Below are positions 53,925-64,000 of a stretch of DNA of 64,000 nt, one piece after another. The position numbers were made by a program, and so were the translations under genes. The notes under the pieces were generated by a model. That model did not search any database and was not told the DNA's origin. It was given only the letters and a program-made list of their open reading frames with translations. This stretch comes from Eledone cirrhosa (lineage: Eukaryota), in assembly GCA_964016885.1 (NCBI GenBank), contig OZ024766.1:19344001-19408000 (forward strand). The letters are read 5' to 3'. The first letter of the stretch is position 1; each line of letters begins with the position of its first letter.

Positions 53925-55360
53925 TTGTTGTTGTTGTTGTTGTTGTGGTGGTGGTGGTGTAGTGGTGGTGTTGTTGTTGTAGTGGTGGTGTTGTGGTGGC
54001 GGTGTTGTTGTTGTTGTAGTGGTGGTGGTGTTGTTGTGGTGGTGGTGGTGTTGTTGTGGTGGTGTTGTTGTAGTGGTGGTGGTGTTGTTGAGGTGGTGGT
54101 GGTGGTGTAGTGGTGTTGTTGTTGTAGTGGTGGTGTTGTGGTGGCGGTGTTGTTGTTGTTGTAGTGGTGGTGGTGTTGTTGAGGTGGTGGTGGTGGTGTA
54201 GTGGTGGTGGTGTTGTAGTGGTGGTGGTGTTGTAGTGGTGGTGGTGTTGTTGTGGTGGTGGTGTTGTAGTGGTGGTGGTGTTGTAGTGGTGTTGTTGTTG
54301 TTGTAGTGGTGATGTTGTTGTAGTGGTGGTGTTGTTGTTGTAGTGGTGGTGTTGTGGTGGTGGTGGTGTTGTGATGGTGGTGGTGTTGTGGTGGTGGTGG
54401 TGTTGTTGTAGTGGTGGTGGTGTTGTAGTGGTGGTGGTGTTGTTGTGGTGGTGGTGTTGTAGTGGTGGTGGTGTTGTAGTGGTGTTGTTGTTGTTGTAGT
54501 GGTGGTGGTGTTGTAGTGGTGGTGGTGTTGTGATGGTGGTGGTGTTGTGGTGGTGGTGGTGTTGTTGTAGTGGTGGTGTTGTAGTGGTGCTGGTGTTGTT
54601 GTGGTGGTGGTGTTGTTGAGGTGGTGGTGTTGTTGTTGTAGTGGTGGTGGTGTTGTAGTGGTGATGTTGTTGTGGTGGTGGTGTAGTGATGGTGGTGGTG
54701 GTGTTGTAGTGGTGGTGGTGGTGGTGTTGTTGTTGTAGTGGTGGTGGTGTTGTTGAGGTGGTGGTGGTGTAGTGGTGGTGTTGTTGTTGTAGTGGTGGTG
54801 GTGTTGTAGTGGTGGTGGTGGTGGTGTAGTGGTGGTGGTGTTGTAGTGGTGGTGGTGTTGTTGTTGTGGTGGTGTTGTTGTTGTGGTGGTGGTGGTGTTG
54901 TTGAGGTGGTGGTGGTGTAGTGGTGGTGTTGTTGTTGTAGTGGTGGTGGTGTTGTAGTGGTGGTGGTGTTGTAGTGGTGGTGGTGTTGTTGTAGTGGTGG
55001 TGGTGTTGTGGTGGTGGTGTTGTTGAGGTGGTGGTGGTGTTGTAGTGGTGGTGGTGGTGGTGTTGTGGTGGTGGTGGTGGTGGTGTTGTTGTAGTGGTGG
55101 TGGTGTTGTTGTTGTAGTGGTGGTGGTGTTGTAGTGGTGATGTTGTTGTTGTAGTGGTGGTGGTGGTGTAGTGATGGTGGTGGTGTTGTAGTGGTGATGT
55201 TGTTGTTGTAGTGGTGGTCGTGGTGTAGTGGTGGTGGTGGTGTAGTGATGGTGGTGGTGTTGTTGTAGTGGTGGTGGTGGTGGTGGTGTTGTTGTAGTGG
55301 TGGTGGTGTTGTGGTGGTGTAGTGATGGTGGTGGTGGTGTTGTAGTGGTGATGTTGTTGA
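53925..55360. repeat. Degenerate (GTG/GTT/GTA)n trinucleotide tract filling NAPE-PLD intron 2
   Basis: Read directly from the sequence. Confidence 0.95.
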
Positions 55361-55429
55361 TGTTTTTGTACCTCTCTCTCTCTCACCCCGCTCTCTATTA
55401 CATACTACCCTCTCTCTCTCTCTCTCCAG

Positions 55430-55578
55430 GCCCTCTGGTCAAGCTGGAGTGTCCTTGGTCCGACTCACAGCTACTTCTTCACCGGGGACACAGGATATTG
55501 TGATGTATTCAAGCAAATTGGTCAACAGTACGGCCCCTTCTCTTTGGCGGCCATACCAATAGGGTCTTACCAACCCAG
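55430..55578 (+). CDS. NAPEPLD: NAPE-PLD coding exon 3
   Basis: ctccag|[49 protein letters not shown](R)|gtaagt. Confidence 0.95.
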
Positions 55579-55794
55579 GTAAGTTCCACAAAGGAGAGAG
55601 AGAGACAAAAAATAAAATCCTAGTCACTGAGGAGGTCACAGAATGTGTGACGAAAGTGCTTTGACAATATGTAAACAACCTTCCGGTTATTGAAGCAACC
55701 AACCAACCGGAAATTTATAATGAATTGAAGTGAAAAATAACAGGTGCATGTGTTTTTATTGGCAACATGACCCTCCCAGAGTATAACTATATAA

Positions 55795-56229
55795 TCATCA
55801 TCATTTCATTTTACGTCTGCTTTTCCCTGCTTGCAAGGGTGGGATGGGAACTGATTCTGGCTTGATTTCTACAGCTGGATGCCCTTCCTAACACCAACCT
55901 CATTTACAGTGAGTGCTGGGTGCTTTTTTGCTGTGGCCCCTCCACGACCACTTTACAGTGAGTGCTGGGTGCTTTTTTGCCGTGGCACCTCCACGACCAC
56001 TTTACAGTGAGTGCTGGGTGCTTTTTTGCCGTGGCACCTCCACGACCACTTTACAGTGGAATGATAGGGACCCCAGTCCCTATCATCTCATTTCTACAGC
56101 TGAGTAAACTGGAGCAATGTGAAATAAAGTGTCTTGCTCAAGGAAACAACACATCACCCGGTCTGAGAATTGAACTCACAACCTTTCGATTGCACGGCCA
56201 ATGCTCTAACCACTAAGCCATGTGCCTCC
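55795..56229 (-). mobile_element. SINE family A, full copy (3 VNTR units)
   Basis: Same head, VNTR and tail as 974-1852. Confidence 0.85.
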
Positions 56230-56282
56230 ATGTTATATATATATATATACACCACTACATGTATGTATATCTTCTATTGCAG

Positions 56283-56397
56283 ATGGTTTATGTCACCCCA
56301 ACATATAGACCCAGCACAAGCTGTGATTGTACACAAAGACCTTCAGTCAAAGAAGTCTTTTGCTATTCACTGGGGAACTTTCAAAATGGCCTCCGAG
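56283..56397 (+). CDS. NAPEPLD: NAPE-PLD coding exon 4
   Basis: ttgcag|(R)[38 protein letters not shown]|gtactg; IHWGTF motif. Confidence 0.95.
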
Positions 56398-56453
56398 GTA
56401 CTGTTGCTGTTCTTGTTGTTGTTGTCTTGCTTGTATAGGACTAAACTTGCATG

Positions 56454-56492
<39 letters not shown>

Positions 56493-56609
56493 ATATGTAT
56501 GTATATATGTGTATATACATACAAACATATATATATATATATATACATATATATACACATATATATATATACATACATACATATATATATATGTCTGTAT
56601 CATCCACAG

Positions 56610-56729
56610 TTTTACATGGAACCCAAACAGAAGCTGGAATCAGAACTAAAGTCACAGAATGTCCCAGACAGTGAATTCATCACAGTAAAACACGGACAAA
56701 TAAACTACGTGACATTTCAAGAACCCTAG
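56610..56729 (+). CDS. NAPEPLD: NAPE-PLD coding exon 5 (last)
   Basis: ccacag|[39 protein letters not shown]; AATAAA near 56959. Confidence 0.9.
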   Translation, partial: FYMEPKQKLESELKSQNVPDSEFITVKHGQINYVTFQEP

Positions 56730-57794
56730 CAAGTCACCAGAGGCCACTAGATGTCACCAGAGGCCACTAGATGTCACCAGATGCCACCAGATGTCACCAG
56801 ATGCCACATTCACCATCACTCTACATGACATAAGTTGAGAGTTTATAGGCACCGCTATGTGGTTAACCCTTTAACATTTAAACAGGCCAGAACTCTCTCA
56901 CCTCTTGCTGTCCAAACTGGCCATAACTGGCTACTTGTACTGAAGTTATTGTTCTAAAAATAAATAATATTAAAATCTCATAGCCTCGATATCATGTGAG
57001 ATATTATGTGAGGTAAAGACTTTACTGTGACAATACAATAGTATATATAGAGTAATGTAAATGTTATGTGAGATATTATGTGAGGTAAAGACTTTACTGT
57101 GACAATACAATAGTATATATAGAGTAATGTAAATATTATGTGAGGTATTATGTGAGGTAAAGCCTTTACTGTGACAATACAATAGTATATATAGAGTAAT
57201 GTAAATGTTATGTGAGGTATTATGTGAGGTAAAGCCTTTACTGTGACAATACAATAGTATATATAGAGTAATGTAAATGTTATGTGAGGTATTATGTGAG
57301 GTAAAGCCTTTACTGTGACAATACAATAGTATATATAGAGTAATGTAAATGTTATGTGAGGTATTATGTGAGGTAAAGCCTTTACTGTGACAATACAATA
57401 GTATATATAGAGTAATGTAAATGTTATGTGAGGTATTATGTGAGGTAAAGCCTTTACTGTGACAATACAATAGTATATATAGAGTAATGTAAATGTTATG
57501 TGAGGTGTTATGTGAGGTAAAGCTTTTACTGTGACAATACAATAGTATATATAGAGTGGTTTCTTTATTTGCCACTAGGGCACAAAAGGTAGGGACAGAT
57601 ACAAGGGGGGAAGTTTACATATAATTAACGAGTACAAAAATATAACAATGAAATAACAACAACAAACGAAGTCCTCAATAGGGAGGGGGCATTAACATGG
57701 GTCGCACACACCCCGGAAAAAATGTGTAACCCTTCTCCTCAGGAGCACAAAGAGTAGGTGCTTCCCTCGTCTCCGCTTTTTCCTCTTCTTTCAC

Positions 57795-60700
57795 CTACAG
57801 GCTGATATAGAGAGAAGACCCATTCACTCTGGCCATTCTCCCTACTTTCACCCACCTTTCATAAAACTTGCTGGGGTAGAGCACCTCTCTCTCCATTCTG
57901 ATCCTTCTTTTAAAATGGTATTTGAAAAAGGGGACCAGTTGTTGGCCGGAGAGAAAGGTGTCTGACCTCAGCCCTTTCAGCCTCGTCCACCATACAACTT
58001 CTTTAGCCATGGCTACCACACAGAGAAAAACCGCCTCTCCTTCGTTTTTGAAAGGGGGAGGCGGTTTGATCGTGACAATGGACTCGGTGGTCAACCGGAT
58101 TGGTCCCACCCTCGACAGTAGTCGTTCCACATAGCCCCACAGGTCAGCAATGCCTGGGCAGTGTACGAATGCGTGCGCAACGGTTTCGTCATCATGCACG
58201 CATCTCGGACAGATCTTATTCAAAGGATCTCTACCCAGGCTCCCATGTCTGTGGAGCTTGTCTCGAACGGGTAGAGCCCCTCGGTAGCACTGCCAAGCCA
58301 GGGACTTTTGGAAGTTGTCCATCGGTCCAGGGCCAAACGTCCTACCGAACAGACTGGCCAGTTCATCTTCCTCCATGCCTAGAGCTTCTCCGAGAGCATC
58401 GTCGCACCTGCTGCGTACCAACCCTCTATAGAATGTCGAGGTGGAGTCTCCACTGATTGCCGGGTCCGCTTTCCAGAGGGCCGTGAGCGCCTGGGCACAT
58501 TCAATGTGCCAGTCGCCCACTTTTCTCGGTCTTTGCTTGACCCAGGATTGCAGCTCGGTGAGCGAGACGAGTCTGGGAAAGGCTCGCCTCACAAACGGGG
58601 CCCACACCGGTTGACCGGTGAGGAATACCTGGAGGTGCCGTAGCCTTAATGCGTGTTTACGCATCTGTAGCCACGGCATCCCCAGCCCTCCTTTCGAAGG
58701 GTGTTGACAGCAGATGGATCTCCTCACCAAAGGGGTCCGCTTGTTCCAAAGAAATTGGAACAGCGCGCACTCCATTTTGGCGAGTCTTTTCACTGGGCAA
58801 GGCACGACGGTCAAGCGGTAGTAGATGACGGATGCTATATAAGTATTCGCCACCTCCGCTCGACCTTTCAGGGATAGTTTGCACTGGGCCCACTTCTGGG
58901 TGAGTGCAAACACCCTGGCCGTTACCTCGTTCCAGTTTTTCTCCACCTGGAGGTCTGGTCCGAACCAGACCCCAAGCAGCTTCACCGGGCCCTCCGTCCA
59001 GCGTCCGACGACGTCGTTGGAGGGCATCGGTTTGCCTCTCCGTGTTCCGAGTTGCAAACCGACGGACTTGTCCCGGTTCAGCTTGGCTCCTGTAAACCTT
59101 TCATATTCCTCCAGTAAGGTGCCGATCTCACCGATTTGCGAGGTTTTCGACACCATTACTGTCACGTCATCGGCGTAGGCCGACGCCGCTTTCTGCAATC
59201 CCGGTTCCAAAGGGATGCCCTGCAACCGCTCCAACTTCCGCAGTAGTGGCTCAAGAGCCAGCACATACAGTAGGGAGGAGAGAGGGCATCCCTGTCGGAT
59301 GGATCGCATGATTTGGAACGGCTCCGAGAGGTGGCCGTTCACCTTGACCCTTGAGCAGACGTTGCTGCTGTGCATCGCAGCAATCCAACCCCTGAAAACG
59401 GGTCCGAAGCCTGCCGCCGCGAGCACCGCATCCAGGTAACGATGGTCAACCCTATCGAAAGCTTTAGATTGATCCAAGTTGATCAGGGCCCCACCAAAGC
59501 CGGGTTCATTCCCTACCCTCTCTATGATGTATCGCATAAGGTGGAGATTGTCGTGAATGGACCTGGACGGGATTGCGCATGTCTGCGCTTCTCCCACCAG
59601 GTTTCCAACGACAAGCGCCAACCTCTTCGCTAACACCTTGGCCAAAATCTTTAACTCTGTATTTAGCAGAGTTATGGGCCTGAAGTTACTTATGTCATCC
59701 CCCTTGTTCTCATCCTTCCTCACCAGCGTAACTACGCCCTTGGTCACAGAACTGGGAATTCTCCCGTTCTGCTGCCAGTTGCAGTAGACCGCTTCGAGGA
59801 TATCGGAGAACAAGTCCGGCATCGCTACATATAGCTCGTATGGTAGACCATCGAGACCCGGGGATTTGCGTTTGCCGCATTGGCTCAGCGCCGCCCCTAT
59901 CTCAGCAGCTGAAATCGTCCTTTCGCAGGACTTCGCCTCCGCGTCCGAGAGGCGCGGCAGACCGTCGAGGTATGGATTGAAATCCATAGTCTCACCCGGC
60001 GCGCCGCCCCTCTCGAACAGTCGTGCAAAGTGCCGCTGAAAGGCCGCACACATCTGCCCAGGTTCAAGGATCACACGCCCATCCTGGTCCTTCAAAGACC
60101 GAATCGTGGACTTGTTCCCACTTTTTGCCTCTGTCACTCGGGCCCAGCTTACAGCTTTGGCTCCCTCATTACCCAGAGCACGTATTTTACTCCTGACAAC
60201 GCAGCCTTCATGCTTCACCTCAAAGAACTGGTCTAAGGCCATTCTTGATGCCAGCACGCCGGCTACATTGCCACTCCTAATCGCCTCTTCTACTCTATCT
60301 ACTAATTCCCTTTCCGTCTTGTTCCTATCTCTTGCTAATTCCTGACTAAAACCTATCGATTCTATTCTAATTGCTCTCTTAAGAGAGCTCCACCACCTGT
60401 TGTTGACAATTGCCCCTGTCAAATTCTGCTTAACTAACGTGCTAATCCGTTTACTGTAAGCTTTGCTTCTCGGTAAGGACAAGTTCAGCTTCCAGTAACC
60501 GGGTCCCTGTCTATGGGTTCTATCAAGGTTGGCTATGCAGGTCACTAACTTGTGATCCGAATAGTCAACCATGAACATTTTTGGACAGCTAAATGTGTCC
60601 CTATCGTTCTCTCTAACTAGGACCCTATCTAGGTACGACCTAGATGTTCCACTGCGATTGGTCCACGTCCATAGTGGTACAGTCGGAAAATCTAGTCGAT

Positions 60701-61232
60701 ATCTATCGGCCAGGTCAAATCGGCCGATTAACCTTTTGAGGCTTTTACACCCCCCTCTATTGGCACATGCCCCTACATAGTCCCAACGTGCATCCAGGAT
60801 ACCATTCCAGTCCCCCACTAAAAGCAAGGAGCGGGACGTTCCCAGAAAAGTTTCCAGACGTTGGAAGTATTCCGGCCGCGCTGCCCAAAAAGGGGCGTAC
60901 ACAGCTATTAGTCTAAGGGCTCCACTTTCACTACTGCCGACGTCTAAAACCACCAGTCGACCCTCCGGGTCCAGGTGCACCTTCTGTATGGCGAGGCCCA
61001 GGTGTTTTCGCAGCAGAACGACAACTCCACCCCCACCCCCCGGTTGACAGAGAGATGCGAAGATCTCAAAGTCGTCGAAGAGGGGCGCCAGTTGGTGCTC
61101 GCTGCTGATCCTGGACTCGCAAATAGCCATTACATCCATTCTATGTGACCTGAGATCGTTTAAAAGTTTGCCTTGTTTCCAAGACAGTCCCAGGCCACGT
61201 ACATTCAGAAACCCAACTCTTATATCAGCCAT
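57795..61232 (-). CDS. Retrotransposon ORF2: APE endonuclease, reverse transcriptase and C-terminal zinc finger (1145 aa)
   Basis: FLNVRGL, VGDWN, YLDRVL and SDHKLV (APE); GPGYWKLN; KSPGLDGL, FRPITLLN, DQSKAFDRVDH, QGCPLS and YADD (RT); CPRC...ETVAHAFVHC. Confidence 0.97.
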   Translation of the reverse strand: MADIRVGFLNVRGLGLSWKQGKLLNDLRSHRMDVMAICESRISSEHQLAPLFDDFEIFASLCQPGGGGGVVVLLRKHLGLAIQKVHLDPEGRLVVLDVGSSESGALRLIAVYAPFWAARPEYFQRLETFLGTSRSLLLVGDWNGILDARWDYVGACANRGGCKSLKRLIGRFDLADRYRLDFPTVPLWTWTNRSGTSRSYLDRVLVRENDRDTFSCPKMFMVDYSDHKLVTCIANLDRTHRQGPGYWKLNLSLPRSKAYSKRISTLVKQNLTGAIVNNRWWSSLKRAIRIESIGFSQELARDRNKTERELVDRVEEAIRSGNVAGVLASRMALDQFFEVKHEGCVVRSKIRALGNEGAKAVSWARVTEAKSGNKSTIRSLKDQDGRVILEPGQMCAAFQRHFARLFERGGAPGETMDFNPYLDGLPRLSDAEAKSCERTISAAEIGAALSQCGKRKSPGLDGLPYELYVAMPDLFSDILEAVYCNWQQNGRIPSSVTKGVVTLVRKDENKGDDISNFRPITLLNTELKILAKVLAKRLALVVGNLVGEAQTCAIPSRSIHDNLHLMRYIIERVGNEPGFGGALINLDQSKAFDRVDHRYLDAVLAAAGFGPVFRGWIAAMHSSNVCSRVKVNGHLSEPFQIMRSIRQGCPLSSLLYVLALEPLLRKLERLQGIPLEPGLQKAASAYADDVTVMVSKTSQIGEIGTLLEEYERFTGAKLNRDKSVGLQLGTRRGKPMPSNDVVGRWTEGPVKLLGVWFGPDLQVEKNWNEVTARVFALTQKWAQCKLSLKGRAEVANTYIASVIYYRLTVVPCPVKRLAKMECALFQFLWNKRTPLVRRSICCQHPSKGGLGMPWLQMRKHALRLRHLQVFLTGQPVWAPFVRRAFPRLVSLTELQSWVKQRPRKVGDWHIECAQALTALWKADPAISGDSTSTFYRGLVRSRCDDALGEALGMEEDELASLFGRTFGPGPMDNFQKSLAWQCYRGALPVRDKLHRHGSLGRDPLNKICPRCVHDDETVAHAFVHCPGIADLWGYVERLLSRVGPIRLTTESIVTIKPPPPFKNEGEAVFLCVVAMAKEVVWWTRLKGLRSDTFLSGQQLVPFFKYHFKRRIRMEREVLYPSKFYERWVKVGRMARVNGSSLYISL

Positions 61233-61253
61233 GTTGGTTAAAAGAGGAAGGAC

Positions 61254-62996
61254 CTACCTGTTCGGCTCCTGAGGAGCAGGTTGCACAATATCCATGGGCG
61301 TATTGGAGGGGTTGTTTGGTGGGGTGTTGTTCTGTGGTGGAGTGGGGGTGTTTGGTGAGGTGTGGGTGGGGAAACGTTTCAAGAGGACGCGGTTATAGGG
61401 TCGAGTACATGTTTTCCCCACGTCCTCAGGAAAGTTCTCTCTTAGTTTTGCATAGGTGTCCATTGGGAGTCTTATCATTTTTAAATGCGGTTTGTTGGCC
61501 GCGCTTGCAAAGAATTGCCCTTCAGTTTCCACCAAAGGGTCTTTGTGTATTGTTTTTACTAGTTCTTTGTTATTTGTGTTAATGTATGTATACTGTTTTA
61601 TTTGTGTTGTGTTTGTTTGTTGTTCTTGTGTGTGCTTACGTTTTGTTGTATGTGTTATGTTTTGGGGTGGGGCGGATTTTGTTTGTTCTGTTTGTTTTGT
61701 TTTTGTTGGTGGTTGTGTGTTTGTTTCGTTTATGTTCGAGTGGTGCTTTCTTTTTTTCCTTTTTACAGGTTGGAAGGGTTCCCCCTCTTCGTCACTAGGT
61801 GCCGTTTCCGCTGGGTCCTCGTCCGTGCTGTCGGGTAGTGGTGTATTTTGGGGTTTTGTTGTATTTGTGTGTGTTTTGGGAGTTGTTTTGGGTGGGGCCG
61901 TGTCTTGTGTTATTTTTCCCTGTTGTTTTTGTTGTTGTTGTGGTGGTGGTGGTGGAGGTGGTGGTGGTGGTGGTGGTGGCGGTGGTGGTGTGTGGGGTGT
62001 AGGCAAAAGAGCCTTTTTTTTTGTCAATTGAGGACAAGCAGCCCTTAGATGACCCCTGCTTGAACAGTAGTAACATATGGGCCTCCTACCCTCGGCTGAA
62101 ATATATATAAATGTTTCTCCATCGAGGGACACCCTCTGTGGTATTCTAGCGATTCGTTCTGGTCTCATTTGGACCAGAACCTCCACGCTCAAACCGCCGA
62201 AAACGTCTGTGGTGACTTCTCCTACTGAGAGGATTCCGTCCTCGTCTTCTAAAAATCCTGTTAGTACCCAGGAAATGCATGCATTTGGCCGGATTCCGGA
62301 GACCCTTATCTTCTGCGTTCTTTTCCCTAAATATGTGGGGAAAAATGTATATATCTTGGAAACAATTGGTGCCACAGAGTATTTCCTGGCCGTCAATTGA
62401 TCCTTCATTAGGACCGTTATATTCCCATAGAGTGGCCCTTTTTGTATGAACGATATATCACTCCACACATTTTTTAGGACCAGCTCAATCTCTTTTTGGG
62501 ATAATTGAGTTGGTTTCCTTGTTATGTTGGAAATTGTTCTGAAAGATATCGTTCTTAGCGTCGTGTCTCTTTTGATTTCTTGTGGGGAGGTGATTGTGAA
62601 GTCTCCTCCTTCTTTGAAAGTTACATACTGTTTCGCTTCCTTCATCTTTTCTCTCAGAGTTGTAATGTCCAGTTGCTTGCAGGTTTGTGTTTTCCGGACC
62701 GCCTGTGCAAAGGAGGTACCAGTAGTGGGTTCACTTTGTTTGGTGTTATCGTTATTTTTTCCTTGGTTGGTGTTGTGACTATTGCTGTTATTGTCGTTGA
62801 TGTTTTTGTCTGCGTTTATGTGACTTTCTGGGTTTTCACCCATTTCTACAAATTTTTCTTTTAATTCCGTGTTCCATGTTTCTTTTGCAGAAGTGAGGAG
62901 GGAAGACTTAGAGCCTTGTGCTTCTAGCTTCTCTGTATCACCTTTCTTAGGGGGCGTGGCTTTCACGTTAGGATGAGATGTGAAAATTCCGTCCAT
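61254..62996 (-). CDS. Retrotransposon ORF1 (gag-like, CCHC zinc knuckle, Pro/Thr-rich C-terminus)
   Basis: First ATG at 62996 (MDGIFTSH); CYYCSSRGHLRAAC fits CX2CX4HX4C; basic KRKKRK stretch; lies directly upstream of ORF2. Confidence 0.88.
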   Translation of the reverse strand: MDGIFTSHPNVKATPPKKGDTEKLEAQGSKSSLLTSAKETWNTELKEKFVEMGENPESHINADKNINDNNSNSHNTNQGKNNDNTKQSEPTTGTSFAQAVRKTQTCKQLDITTLREKMKEAKQYVTFKEGGDFTITSPQEIKRDTTLRTISFRTISNITRKPTQLSQKEIELVLKNVWSDISFIQKGPLYGNITVLMKDQLTARKYSVAPIVSKIYTFFPTYLGKRTQKIRVSGIRPNACISWVLTGFLEDEDGILSVGEVTTDVFGGLSVEVLVQMRPERIARIPQRVSLDGETFIYISAEGRRPICYYCSSRGHLRAACPQLTKKKALLPTPHTPPPPPPPPPPPPPPPPQQQQKQQGKITQDTAPPKTTPKTHTNTTKPQNTPLPDSTDEDPAETAPSDEEGEPFQPVKRKKRKHHSNINETNTQPPTKTKQTEQTKSAPPQNITHTTKRKHTQEQQTNTTQIKQYTYINTNNKELVKTIHKDPLVETEGQFFASAANKPHLKMIRLPMDTYAKLRENFPEDVGKTCTRPYNRVLLKRFPTHTSPNTPTPPQNNTPPNNPSNTPMDIVQPAPQEPNR

Positions 62997-64000
62997 TTCT
63001 ATTAGTTTGCCGTAATAAATTTTTAACTGGAAAATTCGCCCCAAAAAGGGGCGAAAATAAATAAACTCAAAGTTTGACGACCAAGGCAAGGGGTTAACGT
63101 ATATTACAGTATAAAAAAATTAATCAAAACTCACTTTTTGAGTAAGTAAATCCGACTCGGTAGCCGAGCTTGTTCACACACGTCAACACACGTCTCTCGT
63201 ATACGAGATGTTATGTGAGATATTATGTGAGGTAAAGCCTTTACTGTGACAATACAATAGTATATATAGAGTAATGTAAATGTTATGTGAGGTATTATGT
63301 GAGGTAAAGCCTTTACTGTGACAATACAATAGTATATATAGAGTAATGTAAATGTTATGTGAGATATTATGTGAGGTAAAGCCTTTACTGTGACAATACA
63401 ATAGTATATATAGAGTAATGTAAATGTTATGTGAGATATTATGTGAGGTAAAGCCTTTACTGTGACAATACAATAGTATATATAGAGTAATGTAAATGTT
63501 ATGTGAGGTATTATGTGAGGTAAAGCCTTTACTGTGACAATACAATAGTATATATAGAGTAATGTAAATGTTATGTGAGGTAAAGCCTTTACTGTGACAA
63601 TACAATAGTATATATAGAGTAATGTAAATGTTATGTGAGGTAAAGCCTTTACTGTGACAATACAATAGTATATATAGAGTAATGTAAATGTTATGTGAGA
63701 TATTATGTGAGGTAAAGCCTTTACTGTGACAATACAATAGTATATATAGAGTAATGTAAATGTTATGTGAGATATTATGTGAGGTAAAGCCTTTACTGTG
63801 ACAATACAATAGTATATATAGAGTAATGTAAATGTTATGTGAGATATTATGTGAGGTAAAGCCTTTACTGTGACAATACAATAGTATATATAGAGTAATG
63901 TAAATGTTATATGAGATATTATGTGAGGTAAAGCCTTTACTGTGACAATACAATAGTATATATAGAGTAATGTAAATGTTATGTGAGATATTATGTGAGG

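Larger units (their letters stand above)
57558..63207 (-). mobile_element. Full-length Tx1/L1-clade non-LTR retrotransposon inserted in a 72-bp minisatellite
   Basis: Two uninterrupted ORFs 21 bp apart, a 3' UTR ending AATAAAGAAA, and the same minisatellite on both flanks. Confidence 0.92.
56995..64000. repeat. 72-bp minisatellite (with some 60-bp units), interrupted by the retrotransposon at 57558-63207
   Basis: Unit atgttatgtgaggtattatgtgaggtaaagcctttactgtgacaatacaatagtatatatagagtaatgtaa on both sides of the element. Confidence 0.95.

Noticed and set aside
53668-55386. 572-aa His/Thr/Pro-rich ORF, plus the many YI/CV/HT ORFs at 3052-3960, 20333-21922, 25728-26820 and 28478-29281
   Set aside because: Translations of tri- and dinucleotide microsatellites.

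Overview
This is eukaryotic, very repeat-rich animal DNA; the SINE/RTE repertoire and (TA)n load look like a coleoid cephalopod (octopus-like), which is an inference. Three spliced genes could be rebuilt by hand with GT-AG sites and matching phases: the first five coding exons of an L1CAM/neuroglian-family Ig adhesion gene (minus strand, ATG 17425, runs off the left edge), a complete 4-exon BET1L/GS15 Golgi SNARE (minus, 42840-29355, 113 aa) and a complete 5-exon NAPE-PLD (plus, 49382-56729). Mobile elements: an apparently intact two-ORF Tx1/L1-clade non-LTR retrotransposon (about 57558-63207), three truncated relatives, RTE and CR1 LINE fragments, at least three SINE-like families, a rearranged Merlin-like DNA transposon and a 104-bp hairpin MITE. 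The main pattern is repeated local tandem amplification of whatever sequence is present, including a splice acceptor plus exon start (about 23 decoy copies filling BET1L intron 3), a SINE 5' end, a SINE-internal 48/49-bp unit and an RTE coding segment. Almost all long ORFs in the supplied track, apart from the two retrotransposon ORFs, are repeat artefacts.
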